A DNA stretch of 64,000 bases from Lama guanicoe (lineage: Eukaryota): contig MU053881.1 of the NCBI GenBank assembly GCA_013239625.1, positions 13,940,373-14,004,372 on the forward strand, in the 5' to 3' direction. Under the pieces are notes generated by a model that worked only from the letters and a program-made list of their open reading frames with translations, was not told the DNA's origin and ran no database searches. The position numbers and the translations under genes were made by a program. This document shows, one piece after another, positions 26,518-39,337 of the stretch (positions within the stretch are counted from its first letter, which is position 1; each line of letters opens with the position of its first letter).

Positions 26518-29500
26518 CGGGACTAACTCAGAATCTTTGAGGTGGGGTTGGAACCTGGGAGCTGACTAAGGCACCGCAGGTGGTTCCCCAGAGCAGGTGG
26601 CTCTGCCGACCACGGACTTAATGTAATTGGGAGAACTGAAGGGGTTGAAGTAGAGCCAATTTTCTTAGCATGTGATTCAGTTTTATTCCATGTGGGCTCC
26701 GTGTGCCCCTTAGAAATCACTACCTGTCCCACACTTGGGAGCGCTGGCCAAGAAATGACTCTATCAGGTCACGTGCATGTCACATAGGAACCTACAGTAT
26801 TGAGCTCCACCTGAGCTTGGTGGGAAAGATGTTCCCTTTATATGAAACAGACCCCAGTTCTACACCAAGACACGTGGTGATTAGTGCTTTTTATCCACAG
26901 ATGGATCATAATGTCAGATCTTTCTAAAATCAGACTTTATAATTAGATACAGATTTGAATTCACCTCTCTGAGCCCTGTGTCCAGTGGGTTAACACCTGC
27001 CCCATAGAGCAGTCATATTTAAGTAAGATGGCGTAGGTGTTGCTTGATCCCCATTAGGTGATGATTACGTTTATGCCCACTTCCCCTCCCCTCCCATCCC
27101 CGTGTGGTCCTGGGTTTCTCTCGCTGTCACTGCTCTCTCCACATTTGCTTATTCTGCCTTGAGCATCTCATGTACACTTGACATTTCTCCCATTGTGGTT
27201 GAAGCTAAGGAACTCAAGTTCCACCTCCCCCATCCCTTGACAAAGAATAAAAACTCTGCTGTCTCCTACCAAATTATCTGACACTTTTCTAAAATGCAAC
27301 TGAAACCTCATTACATGGATGAACAGCTTTCCATCAGCTCACTCCTAGCTCCAATATTAATATAATTGTTGCCGAGACGTTGCATTTGGCCTCGGAGGCA
27401 GTCGGGAAGGCATCGCGGTTAGTAATCCGAGATGGCTGCACGCACGCGGAGCTGCTGGAAGCTGCTAGGATTTCCGCGTGGCCAGATGATGCTAGAGAGT
27501 GGATTCCATGGCTTCCCTCTGTTGCCAGACAGATAGCAGTGAGGAGAGAGAGAGGGTTTCCGAGTGACAGAACAGATGTCCTTCCCTGAGGCATCCAGAG
27601 TCATCTTTTCAAAATGCGCATCTGAGCATGTTTCAAACTCCTGCTAGAAAAAAAAAAAACTACCCTCTGAGAACCTCTCCGTCCTTTGCCCGTGGAGACC
27701 AGCAGTCTACAGGGTCTACAAAGTCTGACTTGTAGGTACTCCTCCCGGTCATCCCCTCAACTCCTGTTTGTCTAATTAGTGGGTTGGCTTTTTCACTTGA
27801 CTGAGTCCTTGCTTTGTGTGAGCCCTGATTCTCCGGCCGTAGACCGAGTCTGATTTTGTGCACTCTCGTAGCCCTGGGGTCTAATTTGTAGCAGATGCTC
27901 AGTAAATATCCATAGAAAATGTAAACGCACGCAAGAACGTCATACAAGCGGTCTCTGCCTAATCTGCCACCCCCTGCTTTGCAGTGTGTCTCCCAGCAAC
28001 GCTGAAATGCTGGAAGTCATCTCATCTCTATAGGTACCAAGTGGTTTTCTCCCTTTGAGCTTTTGCTTAACTGTACCCCCACCTAAGACTCTCACTGTAT
28101 TCCTCACTCACTCTGTCTAGGACATCTCACTCTTATACAAGCGTTTTCTTCTACCATGAACTTCCCTTGACCCACCAGCCTTCTAGGCTATTCTGACCCT
28201 CCTTGATGTCCCCATTATGCTTCATCTATAAACTCAATCATTTCACTTAACCCTGGTCCGTGTGTCTGCCTCTCTATCACCTTGAGAAAGAAGAAATGAG
28301 AAAGTATAGAGTGTGTGTGATGTAGCAGGTGACGGATGAATCAGATGTGTGGACGTGAACAGGGCATTGGATTTCATGGTGGAGAAAGAAGCGTGTCCTG
28401 TGGCCTCAGTGCTTTTGCACTTGCTCCTCCCTCCATCTGCATATTCTTCCTACCTCCTCTCCTAGTCACTTTACCTACCCTGCAGACCTCATATCATGGC
28501 CATGGGGAAGTGTCCCCTGCCCCAACCCCTAGACTCCATCAAACCCCAGCTATATGTTCCGGCTCCTATGTTTCCTTTATGAACTTACTGCTGATTATAA
28601 ACTCTATAATCTGATTTAAGTTAGCCTCTCCCTTCATACTGGAAGCCTCGGGAGGACTGGCTTTATCTCCATTTTTCACCTAGCGTCGTGTCTGATATCC
28701 TGGAGGTGCTCTCTGAAATGAAGTGTATCACCTGTAGCCTTTAGTGTAACCCTGAATGTGAGAGAAGAGAGTAGGAAGGTGAGGATGCCCGGCTGCCTTT
28801 CCTCCCTGTGGTCCTGAGGGTGTTCTTCCATTGGCTCTGTGTGGAAAGTCCACGCCGTCATTCAGCATCGCCAGGACTTGCTGGGAAGCATCGCGATTAC
28901 TGGTTCCCACCCTGCCCTACAGGGCTCCCCTCCCTACTTCAATCAGGCCACAGATCTCCTGTGAGCTTGTTTCCTGTAACACTCAGCCGGTCCAGCTGCC
29001 AACTGCTGAAGCAACAAAGGGGCATGATGGCAAACCCAGAAGGGAAGGCAGGTGGCAGGGAGGACAGCAAAGTTGTCTCGTAAGTAGGTCTGACATCCCA
29101 GACACGTTCTGTCTGGAAGAATGAGCCTCATGACGTGCTGGGGACTGGCGAGGGGAGAGCTGCTCTCTCCCTCCTCCCCTGGCCACCTCACTCAAAGTGG
29201 ACAAGAGGTGTGATTGGACTTGAAAATAAGGATCTTCTAGGTGACCCCCTCCGCCCACCACTTGTAGGTGACCATTTTCCTGCCATTGACATCGACGTTC
29301 CTGATACTACCAAACCACTTCAAAGCTTGTCTTCCGTTTGGCCTGCCCTCAAAAGCCTTCTGGTGACTGTCCCCAGCCAGCTGGAAAGTTAGAAGTGGTC
29401 AGACATTCAGGCAATCCAGGGCGAGGCTTGGATGTGATGTTTGGAGTGAGTGTGTCCTTGACTGGTCATAGCCCTTGAGCCATGAGTTGGGCAGTGGCCT

Positions 29501-30009
29501 GGTTACAGCAAGGAGATCAAGTGAAAGGGGACAGGGCAGTGGGAGCAGGAGCGTGGTCCACACCCAGCTCCCCGTGCCTCATTCTACCTCCGTAAAACAC
29601 AGGGGCAGACAAAATGAGTGATCTTTGCCTTATGTCTCCGGAGCTGTAGGTTTTCAAAAAGACAACTTGGAGCCACTATAGGGGGCCAAGGAGAAGGACT
29701 TTGAGACCATCCCACTTCCCACACTCTTACCCTCCTCCTGACACAGGCACACGCGAGCGCACGCGCTCACACGTACGCTCTTAATCACAACGTACAATCT
29801 CGTTCTCCTCAGTAGCTTTCATCTGTTTCATTCCCCGGCCTACTGTTAAGGACACATGACCCTGCATGTGATGAAACAGGGTCCAGCAGAGTATGAAAAG
29901 GTTTGGAAGCCACTGAACCAGATGGTCTCTGAACTGGCCCAGCCCTTTGAACCTTTGGCTTTAACGTTGGGAGGCACAGGCCTGTGCCAGGTGTCTGGTA
30001 CAAACAAGG

Positions 30010-30240
30010 GTGGAGTGGTTTCAGGGTATGGGCTCTAGAGCCAGACTGCCTGGGTTAGAATTTGGCTTCTAACACTTACTGTGTGTCTTTAGGAAAGTTA
30101 CTTAACTTCTCTGTGCTTTTATTGCCTCATCCCTAACAGGGTTATAAAGGAGTACCTACCTCACAGAACTGCTATGAGGATTAAATGACTTAAATATGTA
30201 AAATGGGTAGAATAGTGATGAGGATTAAAATATATTCATC
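30010..30240 (+). mobile_element. MIR SINE
   Basis: 'gggctctagagccagactgcctgggtt...gaggattaaatga'. Confidence 0.9.
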
Positions 30241-30731
30241 AGTATTGGCCGTTATGGTTGTATTGCTTAACATCACTTAACAGGTGGTTCTTAATATTTT
30301 GGGGGATCTTGGCTCCCTCTGTAAGTCTAGTAAAGCAATGAACCCTTTCCTTGGAAAACTAGATACCAAAACGTCTTGTGCACTCAACTCAGCAGTTAGC
30401 TCATTGCTGTCAATCGAACCCCGAGGCCTGAAACAGGCAAGGGCTTTGGCAGAGATCATGTCACGGAAGGAGCAGTGGGGCGAGGCTGGGGCACAGGTGT
30501 CCAGGTCCCAGCTTGGGGGTGTTTTCAAGGCGCAGACAGGCCTAGACGGCCACATAGACTCGGATTCCATCCCTGCTCTTCCACCTGCTAGTTGTATGAC
30601 TTAGACAAGTTTCTGAATCTCTCTGTGCCTCAGTTTGCTTACAATAGGGATACACAGCAGATCTCACAGATTGTTACAAAGTTCCCACCTGAACTGGGAG
30701 CACAGAGTAGGCGAGCTACCAGGGCTACTCC

Positions 30732-30745
30732 GTTTCTATGGCAAC
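30732..30745 (+). promoter_or_regulatory. RFX X-box GTTTCTATGGCAAC
   Basis: Matches GTHNYY-AT-RRNAAC; lies 35 bp before the ATG of GCCACCATG. Confidence 0.55.
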
Positions 30746-30780
30746 AGAAGGGCTGTTCTGGGAAGCGAAGACTCGCCACC

Positions 30781-30845
30781 ATGCAGATGGCAGGCTAAGG
30801 GAATGAGAGGGTCTTCATCTCCAGCCTGTGTGATGATACTAGGAG
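30781..30845 (+). pseudogene. Candidate first coding exon of decayed gene (MQMAG*GNERVFISSLCDDTR)
   Basis: Kozak GCCACCATG, donor AG|gtaaat, phase 2 out, in-frame TAA at 30796. Confidence 0.45.
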
Positions 30846-32424
30846 GTAAATCTGCGCACTTTGGGGAGAGCCGCAGGCCAAAGCGCAGAGGGGATAAATG
30901 TCTCCTCCTGTCTTTTGTCATTTTACTTTCCTGAGATAACCAGGGGTTTGGTTCCTTCTAGGGCACAACCTCCGAACAGCTTTACCTTCTCACCTTTGAA
31001 TGTTACTTCATCATACTTGAGAAAGCTTTTAAAGACATAATTGAATGTGTTTTGAAGAAGGTTCACCGACTGGTTCAAGGCGGGAGTTACTTGTGAGGCT
31101 GGCAGGAGAACCCAGTCCTCCTGATTCTGAATTCGATTCTGAATTCAGGACCGTCCCTATCTTGGGGGCACCACATTCTCACAGAATCCCACCTCAGGGC
31201 CCCTCAACTGGTCTGCAAGTGTGTGTTTGGGTATCAGCCTCAACAGAACCCTCTTCCAGGCTTTATGAAACACCAATGACTTGATTTATCTGAGACCGTG
31301 GTCATCACGCTGTTTCTCAGAGATACAGGCTATTTCCCAGGTCTAAACCCTGAAAGGAATCTTATTCATGGTCCTTTAAAAAGGAGCACTGGGCAACTTC
31401 CATCCTGTGTTGGAAACGTCTTTCCCCAAACAGCTGTGTAATTAGTGCCTGGGCATATAACCGTGACTGCACATAGCCTTGTATTTTTCATCTAGGTCAT
31501 GTTTATAAGTCTTAATTCCTCATTTAGTTTTGTAAAGTGTCTTGAGAGTAGGTTGGTGTTACATAACCTCTTTGCCTTTGGGTCTAAAGACAGTTCTGAA
31601 CATAGAAAAGAGCTTAGTTTTACAAAACCCCTTTTCTTTTTTTTAAATCTAACCAAGCAAAAGACAAAAGCCTGCTTAGTTTCCTTTCATAAATAAACAA
31701 GTGCACATATAAATAAATATTCCTCACTTATATGCACATGTGCGTATTTAAGTAGCACATAGCTTGCAATATTTTTGGAGAAGTATTTTGGTGATTCAAC
31801 TGAATCTATCAAACGATGAACTATCAGGTAATTAACAGGCTCTGATAAATGATTGCTAATTAAATTTTATGATAAATGGAGCAGAGCCCATCTATTTTTA
31901 TATTAGGAGGAACCCAGTATGTCTCTGGAATTACTGCAAATCTCTCAAACAAGGTGTACATTTATTTAAGTACCTTCCAAAGGGACTTTCGTTTCAGGGA
32001 CTGCAATTTGCTAAGAGATTGGACTGGGTATTTCCATGGCAAATAAATCCGCTTACATTACACCCAGGCCCAGTAACAGTGTGTGCCCTGAATAATTCAG
32101 TACTATCATTGTGAGGCTCCCAACTCCATAAATGCTGCAGCAGCATAAAGGGTAACACGAAGACAGCACACTCAGGTCCTTTACATTTCTTCCATTTTTG
32201 TTTGTTTGTTTGTTTTTGTCAGCACTCCCTCCTTAGGAGCCTATAGATGGGGGAAATGAAAGAAATGAGTTGCATAACCAAATAAGGATGGGAGATTTGG
32301 GCCAAGAGGATTGAGGTGAAGGAGCTAATTGGAGGGACTGGGACAACGAGCTCAGAGGGGCTAAGTTGCGAACGCAAACACTAGGTATGTACTTGCAGCT
32401 TTCATTTTCCCGAAGCTATTCTAG

Positions 32425-32493
32425 GAGGCTGCAGACGCATGGCAGATGCCTCTGGTACCAGCACAACTCCCTGTGATCCAACGAAGTTCTGAG
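32425..32493 (+). pseudogene. Candidate decayed exon (RLQTHGRCLWYQHNSL*SNEVL)
   Basis: tag|G acceptor, AG|gtgggg donor, phase 2-2, one TGA. Confidence 0.3.
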
Positions 32494-32804
32494 GTGGGGG
32501 AGGAAATAAAGGGAGACAGACAGAAGGGAATCCCCCTTGCATCCCATGTTCTCCATCACCCTTGGCTCCTGGAATTTCCGAAGAAGGGCACCAGACAGCA
32601 GTGACTCCCATTGAGTTTTATAAGGTGGTTAAGATTCCTGCCACTGGGTGCAAAAAGCATGGAGTTGGGGCTGGAACTTGGATTGCTTCGTTCCAATTCC
32701 GGTGCTAGTTTCATAGAAAGATGAAGGACAGATTTTATCTGTTTATCTACCTGGAGACCTACTAGAAGGGGGTCTTGCTGCTATGTGTGTCTGTGTGTTC
32801 TTAA

Positions 32805-33350
32805 CTTGAGCTATAATTGACATATAAAACTGTTAGTTTCAGGTGTACAACATGATTTGATATATGCATATATTGCAAAATGACAACCACCATAGTAAGT
32901 CTAGTTAATATCTATCACCGTACATAGTTACAAAGCAACTTGGCAACTTTCAACGCTGCTATACAGTACAGTTAGCTAAAGTGACCGGGCTGCACATTAC
33001 ATCCCCATGACTGACTCATTTTTTTTTTTAACTGAAAATCTGTTCATTTTTGGCTACCTTCACCTATTTCACTCACCCCCCCACCCCTCCCCACCCCCTC
33101 CTCTGGCAACCAGTCTGTTCTCCGTATCTATGAGCTTGGTTTTTGGTTTGTTTGGATTCCACATATAAGTGAGGTCATATGGCATTTGTCTTCCTCTAGT
33201 CTGACTTATTTCAATTACCATAATATCCTCAAGGTCCATCCATTCTTCTTCTGGCTACATAATATTCCATTGTGTTTATATACACCACATTTTCTTGATC
33301 TGTTCATCCATCAACAGACAGGTTGCTTCTGTGTCTTGGCTTCATTGCCT
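32805..33350 (-). mobile_element. L1 3' end (older subfamily)
   Basis: 'ttgagctataattgacatataa...gattccacatataagtgagg'. Confidence 0.85.
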
Positions 33351-33533
33351 TGTTTAAGGGAGCTAAATATTTCAGTCAAATTGAATTCTGTCACAATCTG
33401 CCGAGCAGCTCTCCTGAGACATCAGGAGGCTGCCCTGGAACTGACTCGTGGGCCATGTTGTCCTCTGCCCTCCGTGAGCCAATGGCCTCAACAGCCATTC
33501 TTCTGACCAGGAGTACTGCCATTTTTTTTTAAG

Positions 33534-33609
33534 GCCCATTTCTCAAAGAAGCAGGGCCTTCTGAAGGAGGAAGACGACCTTCTGAATTATGCAGATCTTG
33601 CTCTTTAAG
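33534..33609 (+). pseudogene. Candidate decayed exon (PISQRSRAF*RRKTTF*IMQILLFK)
   Basis: CTGAC branch plus T9AAG acceptor; weak donor AAG|gtcacg; phase 2-0; both stops are TGA. Confidence 0.3.
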
Positions 33610-33811
33610 GTCACGTAGAGCACAGGGAAGTGTGGTAGGCCAGGTTAGATCGCCCCACGGAACCACCCCACCTGGTACCCTCAGCGTCTCAAGGGTTAGG
33701 GAGAACATAAGTAATGAATGTCATCTAGGATCTTAAAAAATAATTACAAAGGATTCTCCTCATTCCACAAAAGTCCCATATCTCTTTTCATCTTTATTTA
33801 TTTTTTCTTCT

Positions 33812-34068
33812 TAATTTTTTAAATTGAAGTATAGTTGATTTACAATGTTGTGTTTCTGGTGTACAGCATGGAGATTCAGCATAGTTCTATATATTCTCTT
33901 TAACATTCTTTTTCATTATAGGTCATCATAAGCTGTTGACTATGATTCCCTGTGCTGTACACTAGGACCTTTTTTATCTCTTTTATATATAGTAGTGTGT
34001 ATCTGCTAATCTCACACTCTTAATTTATCCCCCTACCCCACTTTCCTTGTTGGCAACCATAGGTTTGT
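33812..34068 (-). mobile_element. L1 3' end abutting an LTR
   Basis: 'aattgaagtatagttgatttacaatgttgtg...ggcaaccataggtttg'. Confidence 0.85.
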
Positions 34069-34071
34069 ACA

Positions 34072-34716
34072 TGTAACCAGTGTCTAGGTTCTAGTCCTGT
34101 CCCAGAAAGAATTCAGAGACAAGAAGACACAGAGGTTAATAAAGTAAAGTGAGGATTTATTAAGGAATGGATAGTATACTCTCAAGGGGAGAGCGAGCAG
34201 GCTCAGGTGAGCGGCTGCCCTGAGTTTCTTTGGTAAGTTGGTTATATACAGTGTAAAAATGAGTGGGCAGAATATTCATTGGGAAGGGAAGAGTTTGGAG
34301 TCCTTTTCCCTGATTTCATCCCAACTGCACCTTCCTGAAGGGAGGAGGGATTTTTGTCCTTATTTAGTGTGGATCGAAGTGTCATGGCGTTGGCGCATGA
34401 TGGGTACTTCTGATCTGCAAAGCTAATTTTATTGAAATGAAAGCATAATGAGCAAAAGGTTACATTTGGACACTGGAGATTCCTGCCTTTTCTCATCTTT
34501 CTTTGTGGGCCTCCAAGCCACTTATCACCCTGAAAGTTGTGACCACTTATCAGCCCAGAGGTTCCTGCTTTTCTTTCTCTGCCCAGGGACCCCTGGTGCC
34601 TACGTGATGTGTGGTTTCTTGCATTTGGCCTGTGCCCCTCCTTTCTGCCCAGTTCCCACAATCGGGCCTGCATCCCCCTTTCTCTGCTCATATCTAGCTG
34701 TCTGCCTGCTCTAACG
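34072..34716 (-). mobile_element. ERV (ERV1-like) solo LTR
   Basis: Minus-strand AATAAA; alignable with 56765-57373; LTR-like terminus 'ttagagcaggcagacagctagatatgag' on the minus strand. Confidence 0.8.
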
Positions 34717-35369
34717 GCCTTCCTGATTGTCTGCACAGGAGTGCCTCTGCTAAAGTCCTCCGAGCCTCCTCTGCTTCCCCATCAGAGCCTTCATCACAGT
34801 GTATTGTGACAGCCTGTCTGTGTCTGACCCCCATCAGACCGTAGGCCATTTGAGGTGAGTGTTTGTATGTCTACCATTCCGTCCCCAGAGCCTCGCACAG
34901 TACCAGGCACCTAGTAGATTTTCAGTTAATACTTAGTAAGTTGTATTCAATGAAGATCAGCTTTCCTAGAGCAGAGGGTGGCAGGTGGGAAATCAGAATG
35001 TTGGGGTCAGAACTAGCAGGGCAGTAAACCTGATAGAAGTTTGGATTTGATTAAGGGTGGGTGTGACAGGGCAGAAGGAGTGCTGGGCAGAAAAATAAAA
35101 GAATAATTAACATCAGACTGTCCTGTGTGCTCCCCTCTCAGCAGAGCAGTGGGGATAAATGGAAGAAAATTAGTGAAGTCATTAGCATGATAACCAGCCT
35201 CTCCTCCCGCTGGGAGCTGGGAGGTATCAGGTAGTCCCTGCTCCCAGCCTGCAAGCCCTTCAGATCACCATCTTTCCCTGCTAGGGCAAGAGTAAGTGAT
35301 GCTCCAAAGCTGCTAGCCCCAGGGTCCTCTCAGAGATGAGGTCTCTGTGGGAGAGACGGAGGGAAAAAG

Positions 35370-35969
35370 AGTTACCTACATTCAGGAACATACACACATT
35401 CATTCTCATGTTCTTCTTCACCATAGGTTGCAAGATTCTGAATATAGTTCCCTGTGCTATACAGTATAAACTTGTTTTTTTTTTTAAATCTATTTTATAT
35501 ATATTAGTATCTGCAAATCTCAAACTCCCAGCTTATCCCTTCCCACCCTCTTCCCCTCCTGGTAACCATAGGTTTCTTTTCTATATTAAATATTCTATGT
35601 CTATGAGTCTGTTTCTGTTTTGTAAATAAGTTTGTCTCTTTTTTTGTTTGTTTTTAGATTGCACATATGAGTGATATCATGTGGTATTTTTCTTTCTCTT
35701 TCTGGCTTACTTCACTTAGAATGATGATCTCCAGGTCCATCCATGTTGCTGCAAATGGCATTATTTTATTATTTTGTATGGCTGAGTAGTATTCCATTGT
35801 ATAAATGTACCACAACTTTTTTATCTAGTCATCTGTCAATGGACATTTAGGTTTTTTCCATGTCTTGGCTGCTATAAATAGTGCTGCTGTGAACACTGGG
35901 CTGCATGTATGTTTTTGAAATAAGAGTTCCCTCTGGATCTTTGCCCAGGAGTGGGATTGCTGGATCATA
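35370..35969 (-). mobile_element. Young L1 3' region lacking its poly(A) end
   Basis: 'ccaggtccatccatgttgctgcaaatggc...gggattgctggatcata'. Confidence 0.9.
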
Positions 35970-38320
35970 CAGACGCCACACTTTGCACAGTTCAGTCAGG
36001 CACCACGCGCAGCTACACTGCTACGCTGTCTGGCACGCCCGTAGGGGAAACACAGGTCTCCATGTGAATAAGCACACGGTTACTGTTGACAACAGGAGTG
36101 CCAACAGCCCCCGAGTTCTTAGGATTATAATAGCTCTCATTTGCAGAGTGCTTGCTCCCTGCCAACCGCTCTTCAGAACATTATAGATACATTATTGTAT
36201 GTAAGTCAAGAATCTGTTCATCCCTTTTCTCCTCTCTTGCTTATGTTGGGAAAATACATATTTTGCCTAAAAATACGTATTGCTCGCTGAGCAGCCAAGC
36301 TTGACCAGGTAACACTTGAGCTAAAATATTGCAGGTAATGCGAGCCCACAGGTTCACACGCAGACACATAAGTACTGAGGGGAGGTGAAGAGGCTGATGT
36401 GATTCCCTGGTCGGGACTGTCCGGCCATCCTGCCTCTGTCCAGCTTGTAAAGACGTGGACAGCAAGAGCTAACTTGTGTTGAGGAACAGCTAAGTTCCAG
36501 GTCACGATCAGCGCTTTGCGGGCCGTGTGCTCCTCCCAGGAGCCCTGTTGCGTAGGTAATATTGAGATCTTTATTTAGAGATGAAGACCAGGCATAAGGC
36601 AATTAAGTAGTTTGCCCAGCTAGGAAGTGGGAACCCCACCCTGCAGTCTAACTCCAGAACCTTTACACCATCAGTCACCACTCTTAGAACTTTCTATAGA
36701 TCCTGAATTTAAGCACCTTTAAAAAAAAAAAAAAACTAGGAATCCATTTCCAGCTTCGTGAGTATTAAGGAAGTACTGACAGGGAGCAGCCAGGCTGCCA
36801 CCTTGTCAGGCATGTGACAGAGACTCCTGAAGCCATGACTGGGCTTGCTCTGCAGCCTGCGAAAGGAGGTAACAGGAAGGATGTTAAAACTGCATCAAGG
36901 TTTCTGTGATGCTTCATTTGCAGTGGACCATCAAACGGTTGGGTGTTAAGCATTCCTCGTAATGGGAAAGAGCAGATTCATGTTATCACAAGTTTTCCAT
37001 TTACTTGAGAAGGTGCTCTGTGGCTCTGGGCCCTCGACAGCTCTGAGAAGCCCACTCGCAATGCAGATGATAAAATGCATGTGGGCCTGTGAGAGCCTGT
37101 CCACCAAGGCCTGCTGGAAGCCGAGGACCACGTGTGAGTCCTCCGGTGCCTGTCACAGATCCAGCATCACTGCTTTCAGAACAGGGACAGGCTTGCCCAA
37201 GTCCCAGCTTCTCAACTTAGGAACTTCCAAGTCGCCATACCAGGTTCTGGTCTTGGGTGTGACGCCAACAAGCTTTGTAGCCCTGAGCAATTGGACCCTC
37301 TGAGTCTCGGCTTTCCTGTCTGTCAAATACGAGGTTTAGACTGGTTGTCGAAGGTGCCTTCCCCTTAGAATGTCACATGGCAAATAAAAAGCCTCTCAGC
37401 CATTCGCTGCTGTTGTTGGTAATTACTTGTATTATTAATTTTTGAGGCAAGGTAGTTGATCTACTGGGTTCTTGGCTTTAAGGGGGCAGATGTGTTCTGG
37501 CCACAATTCTATCTCCAGGGTCCAACAGTGCTTGACAGAGTGGGTGTTTAGTAAATGTTCATGGACGACAGTTGGATGGGTCCAGTTTCTCTTGTGAACC
37601 CAATGCTGCCTTCCATGGGCCCATCGCGTGCTATTACATGCACCTGTCGGACAGCTGTAGACGTGTGCACCTGCATATGAAGTGTGTCCACGCTCACTGC
37701 TGTTGACAAACTCCTGAAACTTACACAGTGGGTCCCCTGAGCTGTGTGACTTTGTGTCCTTGTTCCTTTTATGGTTCATTCATCAACATGTCTTTGCAGT
37801 AACAGTGTCCGTTTCCATCTCTCAGAATGTTCCAGATTATTGACCAGTCAGTTAGCTAATGACTGATCGGTGCCAGGGCCCTCTGACAGGTGCTATAGGT
37901 AAAGAATAGGAAGAACTAGGCACTGCCATCAAGAGGTCTATGGCTATTTGGGAAAAGAAAAGATCCCCTCATTTCTCTCTGTCACCTTCAGGTCTTGCCC
38001 TTGTTGCTTCTTTATTTTCCTCTGTCATGAACCCTATTCCTTTCCCCAGAGCAGACTTCAAAAGTAGGTTCTACTCTGCCATTCTTTACCTCCTCTGCCT
38101 GGCACGTCTCTATTTTCTGGGAACTTTGAGAGACTAGTTCTTACCCCCATGTTGGCCACAATCTCTCTGGTTGCTGAGTGTTTGATAGCTAGGGCGTCAC
38201 AAAGAACCCTAACGTGGAGAGTGGTGAATTCGTTTCTCTAAGGTTATGCAGCAAATCAGTCTAAGGTCGCAAGATGTCAGGGCTCACTCAGTCAGTACTC
38301 TTCAACTCTCCTGCCCACAG

Positions 38321-38493
38321 GAATTTTTCTTGGAAGTCAACATCCATCTGAGGTGCTACGAGACAAAGAGACTTTCTTTGTTTCTTGCAAAAAAAAAAAA
38401 AAAAAAAGATCTTTTTCTAGAATTTTTGCCATGCACTTAAAAGTGGCAAAAAGACTTCTGTAAAACTAACATTTGATTTTGGATTCCAACTAC
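38321..38493 (+). pseudogene. Candidate decayed exon (EFFLEVNIHLRCYETKRLSLFLA[K]nDLFLEFLPCT*...)
   Basis: Strong acceptor 'ctctcctgcccacag'; phase 0 frame open ~39 codons; internal A tract; donor uncertain. Confidence 0.35.
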
Positions 38494-38730
38494 GTAAACA
38501 GTAATGTGCTCATTAGTTAGTTCTCTCATTAAACCCTTTGGGACATGACTTCGTGTCTTGACTCCTTTAAGGGTGAGTGGAAGCAGGTGCATTTTGGAGC
38601 TAGTCCAGTAAATGTGGGCTTTGATCATGGTTCTGTTATTCACTGGCCACATGACTTTGGGCAAGTTAAACTCAATGAATATTTTCTTCATCGACAAAAT
38701 GTGGGTCCTTTATTTAAAGGACTTATCAGC

Positions 38731-38892
38731 AGGGAGGGTATAGTTCAAGTGGTAGAGCGCATATGCTTAGCACGCATGAGGTGCTGGGTTCAATCCCCAG
38801 TACCGACTCTAAAAATAAATAAACCTAATTCCCTCCCCTGCCCTGCCGAAATAAGAAAAAAAATTAAATAATACAGTAATCAAGAAATGAAA
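38731..38892 (+). mobile_element. Vic-1-like SINE inserted in a MIR
   Basis: 'gggagggtatagttcaagtggtagagcgc...ggttcaatccccagtacc'; degenerate TSD. Confidence 0.9.
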
Positions 38893-39337
38893 TAGAGGGC
38901 TTACCTCATGTGGTTGCTGAGAAAATTAAGTGTGGTGGAGTCAATAAAACAGAATACTTAGCAGGTAATAGGAGCTCGATAACCGATCTGAATTAAGTTC
39001 ACCAGTTTATTGGTCTCCTGCTGTGTACGAGGCCCTGCTGGGGGATGCAGAGTAAGCTGACCCAGCTGACCCATTCATTCCCAAAGCAGCTGCTAAATAT
39101 GTACTTAACATCCAGTCCCCACACTTCCAAGTCTCAGCTCAATTGTCTCTACTGAGAGAATTTCCCTTTCCTCATATCTAAAAGCACATCACTTAGTGTA
39201 TTTTTTTCCCAGTATGACAATCATTGGTTTGAGTGTTTATTGGCTGCTCCTTCCCCCTAAGCTTGAGGGTGGGACTTTGCCTGTTCATTGGCAACTCCCC
39301 AACACTCAGGCCAATGCTTGGAACCAAGTAGGCACTC

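Noticed and set aside
30808..30845. RVFISS resemblance to the DUF4062 start of NWD/TEP1/TTC41-type proteins
   Set aside because: No following 'ER..L...VDL.WG' motif or NACHT P-loop found; six residues is insufficient
37041..37133. 93-nt exon candidate (cag / gtgagt)
   Set aside because: Poor pyrimidine tract and phase does not join neighbouring candidates; left unassigned
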